Shown here one piece after another: positions 53,630 to 64,000 of a stretch of 64,000 nucleotides of DNA. Positions within the stretch are counted from its first letter, which is position 1. Every line of letters starts with the position of its first letter. The stretch is taken from the NCBI RefSeq assembly GCF_009914755.1, contig NC_060947.1. The stretch is one strand, 5' to 3'. Under the pieces are notes generated by a model. It saw only the letters and a program-made list of their open reading frames with translations. It did no database searches and was not told the DNA's origin. The position numbers were made by a program, and so were the translations under genes. Origin of the DNA: the human T2T-CHM13v2.0 reference genome, Homo sapiens.

Positions 53630-54829
53630 TTTATAAGGGTTCTCCAAAGAAACAGAACCAATAAGAGGTTCATCTGTGTATCTGGAGAGACACAGAGAGA
53701 TAAAGAAAGAGATAGATTTTTAAGAAATTGGTTCATGCAATTGTGAAGTCTGGCAAGTCCAAAATTTGTGGGATGTGGCAGTAGGCTGAAAACACAGGAA
53801 AGAATTGATTCTGTAGTTCGAGTCTGAAGATAGTCTGCTGGAAGATTCCATCTTCTTTCAACGAGTTCAATCTTTTTCTGTTAAGGCTTTTAACTGATTG
53901 GATGATGCCTATTTACATTATGGAAGGCAATCTGCTTTACTCAAAGTCTTCTGATTTAAATGTTAATCTCATCTTTAAAATACATTTAAAAATAAGATGA
54001 TATCTCATTGTGGTTTTGAATTGTGTTTCTCTAATGATCAGTGATGTTGAGCAAAAAGCAAAAGATGCTGGAGAGGCTGTACAGAAACAGGGACACTTTT
54101 ACACTGTTGGTAGGAATGTAAATTAGTTCAACCATTGTGAAAGACGGTGTGGCAATTCCTCAAAGACCTAGAACCAGAAATATCATTTGACCCAGCAATC
54201 CCATTACTGGGAATATACCCAAAGGAATATAAATAATTCTATTATAAAGATACATGCATGAGTATGTTCATTGCAGCACTATTCACAATAGCAAAGACCA
54301 TGGAATCAACCCAAATGCCCGTCAATGATAGACTGGATAAAGAAAATGTGGTACATATACACCATGGAATACTATGCAGCCATAAAAAGGAATAAGATCA
54401 TGTCCCTTGCTGAGACATAGATGGAGCTGGAAGCCAATATCCTCAGCAAACTAACACAGGAACGGAAAACCAAACACCACATGTTCTGACTTATAAGTGG
54501 GGGCTGAACAATGAGAACACCATCAACAAAGGAAGGGGAACAACACACACTGGGGCCTGTCAGGGGAGGCAGGGGAGGGAGATCATCAGGATAAATAGCT
54601 AATGCATGCAGGGCCTATTACCTAGGTGATGGGCTGATAGGTGCAGCAAATCACCATGGCACATGTTTACCTACGTAACAAACCTGCACATCCTGCACAT
54701 GTATCCTGGAACTTAAAATTAAATTAAATTAAATTTTTAAAAATACCTTTAAAATGTCTAGAATAATGTTTGATTAAATACGTGATTACTGCTGTTTACC
54801 CAAGATGACACACAAAATTAACTATTGCA
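53630..54829 (-). mobile_element. MLT2-type ERVL LTR split by an L1
   Basis: agggttctccaaagaaacagaaccaata...ctggcaagtccaaaat...gacacacaaaattaactattgca. Confidence 0.85.
53992..54739 (+). mobile_element. Short twin-primed L1PA (PA8-13-like) with ~60-bp inverted 5' piece (53996-54053)
   Basis: Antisense tatctcattgtggttttg...gatgttgagc followed by sense agatgctggagaggctg; TSD aaaatacatttaaaa 53977-53991 / aaaatacctttaaaa 54740-54754. Confidence 0.88.
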
Positions 54830-57800
54830 CTAACTTAGAATTTATATGAAAATTCAGGGGACACAGAATAGCCAAAATAATACTGAATATGAGTCACAAA
54901 GTTGGAATACTCACATTTCCATATTTCAAAATGTACTACAAAGCTACAGTAATCAAAACAGTTTTGAGCTGGTATAATGATAGCCTTATGGACCAATGGA
55001 ATAAAATTGAGAACCTAAAGGTAAATTATTATATTCATTATCAATTGATTTTTGGCAAGAGTACCAAAACCATTCAATAGGGCAAAGAAAAATGTCTTCC
55101 ATGAATGTTGCTGAGAAAACTATATTCACATTTTCAAAAAGTAAATTTAGACCCTTAGCCTAGATACAAAATTAACTGAAAATATATCAAAACTCCATAT
55201 TTAAGAACCAAAGAGATAAACTCTTATAGGCAAATCTTCAAAACCTTTGAACTGACAATAGTTTATTAAATATGACACCAAAAGCATAGGTAATAACAAA
55301 AATAGATATATTGTACTCCATCAAAATTAGCAACTTTTGTGCATTGAAAGATACTACTCAAAAGAGTAGAAAGATAACCCACATACTGTGAAAAAATATT
55401 TACAAATGTTTGCAAAATATTTATAAATCAGATATCTGATAATTGTTTAATAATTAAATTATGTTTTAAATCACAAGTCAACCACAAAAAGGCAAGCAAC
55501 CTAATCAAAAAGTGCCCAAACGAGTTAAATAGACATTTCTATAAAGAATATGGAAGTAAGCACATGCAAAGTTATTCAGCATCATTAATCATTAAGGAAA
55601 TAAAGGCATATCACTTTTCATTGTGCTTCACTTCATTGATCTTTACGGATATTGTGACTTTTACAAATTGAAAGTTTGTGGCGACCCTGAACAATTTGAT
55701 CAGCATCGTTTTTCCAACAGCATGTGTTCGCTTTGTGTCTCTGTGTCACATTTTGGTAATTTTCACATTTTGAATTTTATTATCATAATTTTATCTATTC
55801 TGGTGATGTGTAGTCAGCGATCTTTGATGTAACTATTGTAATTGTTTCAGGGAATCATGATCTATGCCCATAAAAGTTTGTGAACTTAATAAATGTTCTG
55901 TGTGTTCTGATTGGTCCACCAACCAACCATTCTTCCATCTCTCTCCCTCAGACCTGCCTATTTCCTGAGACACAGCAATATTGAAATTAGGCCATTTAAG
56001 AACGCTAAAATGGTTTCTAAGTTTTCAAGTAAAGGGGAGAGGCACACATTTCTTACTTTATATCAAAAGCTAGAAATGATTAAGCTTTGTGAGGAAGGCA
56101 TGTCAAAAGTTGACAGGCTGAAAGCTAAGCCTCTTGCAACAGTTAGCCAAATTATGAATGCAAAGAAAAGGTTCCTAGTGGAAACTAAAAATGCTACCTA
56201 GTGAATGATAAGAAAGTGAAGTAGCATTATTGCTGATATGGAGAAAGTTTTAGTGGTCTAGCTAAAAGATCAAATCAGCCACTTAAGTTTTCCTTAAGTC
56301 AAAACCTAATCCAGAGCAAGACCTTATCTCTTTTCACTTCTATTAAGCCAGATAGACGTGAGAAACCTTCAGAAGAAAAATCTGGAGCTAGCAAAGATTA
56401 GTTAATATGATTTAAGGATAGATTCCATCTCCACAACATAAAAATGCAAGGTAAAGCAGCAAGTGTTAATGTAGAAGCTGCAGGAAGTTCTCCAGAAGTT
56501 CTAGATGAAATAATTAACAAAAGTGTCTACACTAATCAATAAGTTTTCAATATAGACAAAGCAAGTGATGCCACCTAGGGCTTTCATAGAGAGGAGGAGT
56601 CAATGGCTGGCTTCAAAGTTTCAAAGGATAGTCTTACTCCCTTGTTAGGGGCTAATGTAGCTGATGATGTTAAGTTGAAGCCAGTGCTCATGTGCTATTC
56701 CAAAAATTCTAGGTCCTTTAAGAAGTATGCCTATGTTTTATCAATGGAACACCAAAGCATGGATGACAGCACATCTACTTACAGCATCGTTTCCTAAATA
56801 TTTTAAGCCCACTGTTGAGACCCACTGCTCAGAAAAACAAAGATTTCTTTTAAAATATTACTGCTTAATGACAAAACACCTAGTTACCTAAGAATTCTGA
56901 TGGAGGTGCACAGGAGATTAAGTTGTAGTCACACCTGCTAACACAACATACATTCTGCAGCCCATGGATTAAGAAGTAATTTTGTCTTTCAAGTCTTATC
57001 AAGAAATACATTTCATAAGGCTGTAGCTGCCAGAGATAGTGATTTTTCTGATGGATCTGAGCAAAGTTAGCTGAAAAAAATTCTGAAAAGGATTCACAAT
57101 TTTATATGGGATTAAGAACATTTGTAATGCATGGGAGGAAGTCAAAATATTAATATTAATAGGAATTTTGAAGAAGTTGATTCCAACTCTTATGAATGAC
57201 TTTCAGGGGTTCAAGATTTCAGTGGAAAAAAGTAACAGCAGATGTGGTGGAAATACCAAGAGAACTAGAATTAGAACCAGAGCCTGAAAATGTGATTGAA
57301 TTGCTGCACTCTCCTCATAAAACTCTAAGAAACAAGGATTTGCTTCCTATGGATAAGCAAAGAAAGTGGTTTCTTAAGATAGAACATACTCCTGGAGAAG
57401 AGTCTATGAACATTGTCGAAATGATTACAGAGGATTTAGAATATTCCATAAACTTAGTTGATAAAGCAGCAGCAGGATTTGAGAGGATTGACTCCAATTT
57501 TGAAGCAAGTTCCACTGTGGATAAAATTCTAACAAACAATGTCTCATGCTACAGAGAAATATTTTGTTAAAGGAAGAGTTAATCAATGCAGAAAACTTTA
57601 TCGTCTTATTTTTAAAAATTGCTACAAACACCTCAACCTTCAGTAACCACCACCCTGAGCAGTAAGCAGCCATCAATATCTAAGCAAGACCTTCCACCAG
57701 CAAAAAGATCATGACTTGCTGAAAGCTCAGATAATTGTTAGCATATTTTAGCAATAAAGTGCTTTTAAATTAAGGTATACATTTTTTAGACATAAGGTTT

Positions 57801-58700
57801 CTGCACATTTAATAAACTATAGATTCATGTAAACATAACTTTTATATACACTGGGAAACCAAATATTTTGTATGACTTACTTTATTGTGATATTGACTTT
57901 ATTGCAGTGGTCCAGAACTGAACCCACAATATTTCTAAGATATGTCTGTACAAATCAAAATCTCAAAAATACCGTTTCACACCTACTAGCATGGCTATAA
58001 CCAAACAAATTGAAAATGCCAAGTTTTGTAGGAAATATAGAGAAATTGAAACTCACAAGCACTGGAGATAGGAATGTAAAATGCTAGAGTTTCTGTGGAA
58101 AAGAGTTTGGTAGTTCCTCAAAAATTAAACGTAGAATTAATATATGACCCAGAAATTCCACTGCTAACATGTACCCCAAAACTTGAAAACAGGAGTTCAA
58201 AGAGATAAGTAGGCAAAACATTCATAACAGCATTTTTCACAACATCCAAAAGGTAGAAACAACCCATGTGTCCATCAACAGATGAATGGATAAACTAAAG
58301 TTTTATATCTATAGAACAGAACACTATTTAGCCTAGAAAAGGAATGAAGTTCTGATACAGGCTGCAACATCAGTGCACCTTGAAAAAACATTATGCTAAA
58401 TGAAATGAAGTAGATATTACAGGAAAAATAGTGTATTATTTTACTTATATGGAATATCTAGAATAGGAAAATTCAGTGATACACAATACAGATTACACGT
58501 TACCAGGGGATAGGGAGAAAGGGAACAGGAAATTGTTGCTTAATGCTTACTGAGTTTCTGTTTGGAGTAATAAAAACATCTTGTAAACAGATAGTGATGA
58601 TGCTTGCACAACATTTTGAATATTCCAAAAACCACTGAATTGTGCACTAAAAATGGTTGAAGTGGTGAATTTTATGTTACATATATGTAATCACAAAAAT
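54830..58700 (+). mobile_element. L1MB-like 3' ORF2 and 3'UTR, split by Tigger1
   Basis: KVGILTFPYFKMYYKATVIKT peptide; 3'UTR ggaaattgttgcttaatg...accactgaattgtgcact. Confidence 0.8.
55603..57948 (+). mobile_element. Full-length Tigger1 (pogo-like) DNA transposon, transposase decayed
   Basis: Termini aaggcata.../...tatgtctg with TA duplication (55601-2/57949-50); transposase remnants [47 protein letters not shown]; ~2.35 kb. Confidence 0.95.
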
Positions 58701-59009
58701 AAGACCGAATAGATTACAGGATATTAAGGACGTCTGAAAAACCTGTATTAAACATTATGTAGCAAAATATAATGTCTTAAATAATGTAGCAGAACTTTCT
58801 CCTTGTAGATACCATTTGACACCACCGTTAGTCCTAAACACTGTAAATTCCATAGGTAACATCACTGATACTAGATATTGGGCATATTACTGAAACAGCT
58901 GCCTGTGGAAATGATATAGCTACTGCCACTACTACTTTCAGTTAATCAGGCTTGATGCTATCAAATCCTCATTTCCTAGTATAATTACCTTAATTTACTT
59001 AATTTTGTA

Positions 59010-59185
59010 GTATAATTACACTTAATTTTAAGACACATACTTTTCATATTTTAATAGCTATGAAATCATAACATATTACAATCAATAGCATAGTTTAATT
59101 GGAAGCATTTTTAAAATTTTCTTAATGGAACAAATAGTACTGGTGTGCCTTTTAGTGGATGTTGTCTTATATTAGGTGAAATAAG
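59010..59185. mobile_element. MER104-like TcMar MITE
   Basis: ttaagacacatacttttcatattttaat...ttacaatcaatagcat...gtcttatattaggtgaaata. Confidence 0.55.
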
Positions 59186-59799
59186 TAACTTATAAGTGGC
59201 TATAAAATGGACAAGTCTACTTGCTAGAGCCTGGGTCACATGACTGCACCTTCACTGAAAGTTGAGTAAAAGATGTTTTCATCTTTTATTGTGGAGAGTG
59301 AGTAGTGCCTTAAGGTGATAAATTCCTCAGCCATGGAAAATGGGTTCAAAATAATGATCTGTTTTATCTTTAGGAACTGATTTCAAAATATTTGAAAATA
59401 TTGGGGAAGCCAAAGTAACAGTATATGAAGGTTATATTCAGCCTATGTGACATTGGCTTATGATTTCTAGTTTATACTTTCCATAAAAATCTCTGATAAA
59501 AATGTTCATGAGAAAAGAACCAAGGACATTCTGGGTAATGTATTCTGGGTAACAATATTCTGGGTAAAATATTTCAGTAATTACAATTTCACCTCTTTTA
59601 TTGTTTTGGAAATCAATATTTTCTTATTGTTGTTTATAGAACTATCACAAAAAAACTGTCGAATGTGTTGCTGAAATCCAGATATAAATGTGGTTGTCTT
59701 TTTTCGTAGTTCCATGACTTGATAAGTAAATGAGCTTGTTTATATGATATGTGTTTTGTGGCATAGGTACTTGATGAATTCATACTAATTACAAACATG

Positions 59800-60040
59800 G
59801 AAACTGTGTAGTATAGGGGCTATGCATAAAAACGGTGGAATCATAAGGATTTGGGTTCAATCCACATTCCGCTGTCTACTAACTGTGCGATATTGAGAAA
59901 ATTATCTAACCTTTTGGAACCTCTATTCCCTTAACATTGTAATCTAGAAAATAATAGAACCTACTCTATATGGTGTTTGTGAAGATTAAATGAGGTAATG
60001 TATGTCTAGAATCAAGGCTCAATAATATTAGCTATTGTGT
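59800..60040 (+). mobile_element. MIR SINE
   Basis: ttgggttcaatcc...tactaactgtgcgatattgagaaaatta...aataatagaacctac...gaagattaaatgag. Confidence 0.8.
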
Positions 60041-60299
60041 TTAGTGATCATATCTTTAGTTGTATGTTCAATAATACTGACAAAAAGGATATCAAGTTCA
60101 ATGGTCTGTGGTTTTCACAACAGAAATATAATTTAATGGTTTTTACGGATGAATTTTCCTTTATTGAAACACATTGAGTTGAGGAATAGGGAAATAATTA
60201 TCAGGTAAGCTTATACGGCACATGATTATGATTAAGTTCCACTAATTTATATTTCTGCATTATGCTTTCTGTTAATTACAGAACATTATATTCATGCAG

Positions 60300-62150
<1,851 letters not shown>

Positions 62151-64000
62151 CTGGCTATTTTCTTTGGGGACTGAGATTCCTCCCTCCGGTGTCTCTTCAC
62201 CCAATTCTGCTGGTAGATAAGGCCTCAGGATTTCCTCACTCATTCACATGGAACATCCCCTGTGATGGAGTGCAAGGACCAACCAGGACTTTGAATTTAA
62301 TGTTTTTATTAATGAATGCATTAGATTACAACTTGGAAGAAATCCTGTATTAGTATCTCAACTGTCCTAAGAAGTGAGTTCTACAAGTTTCCATGAATGA
62401 ACTTAATGCTGAATCCCAAGGATACTTTACATATATTCATCATAGATGACTGCCTACATTATGGGTTTTGAGAGGTTCTGAAGTGCCTACCTACCTCCAA
62501 ATATCTCTCACATCAGACTGCTGTAAAAGCTAAAATCGATATGTTAGGACCACTGCTTTAGATAGCATATCTTTAGAAGGTCTAATATTAGTACTCAATT
62601 TTTATCAGGTAAATACATTCAGAGTACAGGATTGAAAAGAAAATTGGGAAGAAAACTTATTTTAGAAAGTTTGGAAGCAAATGATGTTGACCCTAAGGTG
62701 AAACAAGTCATCCTCTGCATGAGAATGGGGCACTGGGTTACCAAGTAGCTGAAAAGCTTCTTAGTCTCTAAGGGTAAAAGTAAGCTACAAAATATCAAAG
62801 AAAAGCTTGTGTAGTTTAATGATCAGGGATGACAAATAGCATAAGAAAATTACTAGAGGGAAGTGGGTGGGTAAAAAGAAACTTTATTTGCTTCATACTG
62901 GCCATGCCTACCCCTACTCATCACCCCAGTCTTTTGGGTATAAAGACAATTACACTTGAATTTGCTTAAGAGGAAAACAATCAGTAGCACTATGTAGCTG
63001 TGCTATTTAAAAAAATCTTCTCTCAGAGTATGGAATAAAATAATTGGAAGAAGCAGCAATCTATATGAGCAAGCATCCTCTACAGGAGATAACACAGGAA
63101 TAGACTTGGGGAGGAGTTTCCCAAGACTAGAGGAAGAATCATGAAGAGTTCACATGAGATGTCTTTCTTCTGAAGTGCTCAAAAGACTGTGTGAATGCAA
63201 AATACCTTGGAGGATGGCTGTCATGGTGTCCTCAGGGTCTTCATCATGAGGTGAATAAATTTTTTCTGGTTTTGCCTTGTATTGAATTCCTTACTAGAAT
63301 AGATGGTCAGGTACCCAGGCTCCTGTGTATTGCTAAGGTGCCTCTATACATAAATAATACAAATTGTATATGAATGCCAAAGTGCATGATTTAATTATAT
63401 CTTTAATGTCTCATCATGCACTTGAAGTTCATATCATTTTATTGGTTTTCTTTCCAGTTTTTCCCTTGTGTTAAAGACAAAGTCTAATAATGGAAAATAA
63501 TTAAATTTCCTTCAGTTGAGAATGTCAATGTGGTTGGTATTCAGAATATCAATGGGTTTTCTAAAAGGAAGAAATTAAGCATAGAACTTTTAATAAGACA
63601 AACATTACTATATATTAAATCTGGATTAAAATTTAGATGCTACTCCTTAGCTCTTAATGGTACTTAACATGGCAATTTTTCTATAGCATCAAGTAATGTG
63701 ATTGGAGGCAAGGTGTGATAAATATAAAATCTTTTAGCCAATTGAAAGATATAACAACATGGTGATATTTTTAGTTTCAATTTTTATGATCGCATATGTG
63801 TGCCTGTGATTGTAGGTGTGTGATGTAAATCATCCTTGCTACATTACCTGCCTCAAAATTATTAGGTTGCCTTCCTTAACTCTTACTCGTAGTAGAGGTA
63901 ATTCTGCTATAGGGCAGATTACCAATACAGCACTCCATCAACTAGCACTGTTTGCTATATCCATGGAGATATGTCATTACCTAAAAATCTCCAAAATGCC

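Noticed and set aside
55911-57570. Domesticated TIGD1-like transposase gene
   Set aside because: The frame is broken into short pieces by stops and frameshifts; ordinary Tigger1 fossil

Overview
Primate (great-ape/human-like) AT-rich, gene-poor DNA. By my rough tally about half of it is LINE-1. It also holds a two-LTR MST-family MaLR provirus, several solo LTRs (MER41/LTR26-like, LTR8A-like, MER50-like, THE1, MLT1, MLT2), five Alus, a full-length Tigger1, small DNA-transposon relics, and a processed (intronless, disabled) TMEM184C pseudogene on the minus strand (CDS-homologous 60630-61908). I can support no host protein-coding exon. The only long ORF (1010 aa) is ORF2 of a young, 5'-truncated L1PA2-like element, which keeps intact RT and Cys-rich domains but has lost most of the endonuclease. 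I do not see a new biological system. The notable signals are mechanistic: four separate twin-primed (5'-inverted) L1 insertions, a templated inverted micro-insertion in an AluY-like copy, L1 fragments that seem to have deleted their targets, and deep nesting of insertions. Subfamily names come from remembered consensus sequences and need RepeatMasker/Dfam confirmation. Boundaries without a cited TSD are approximate.
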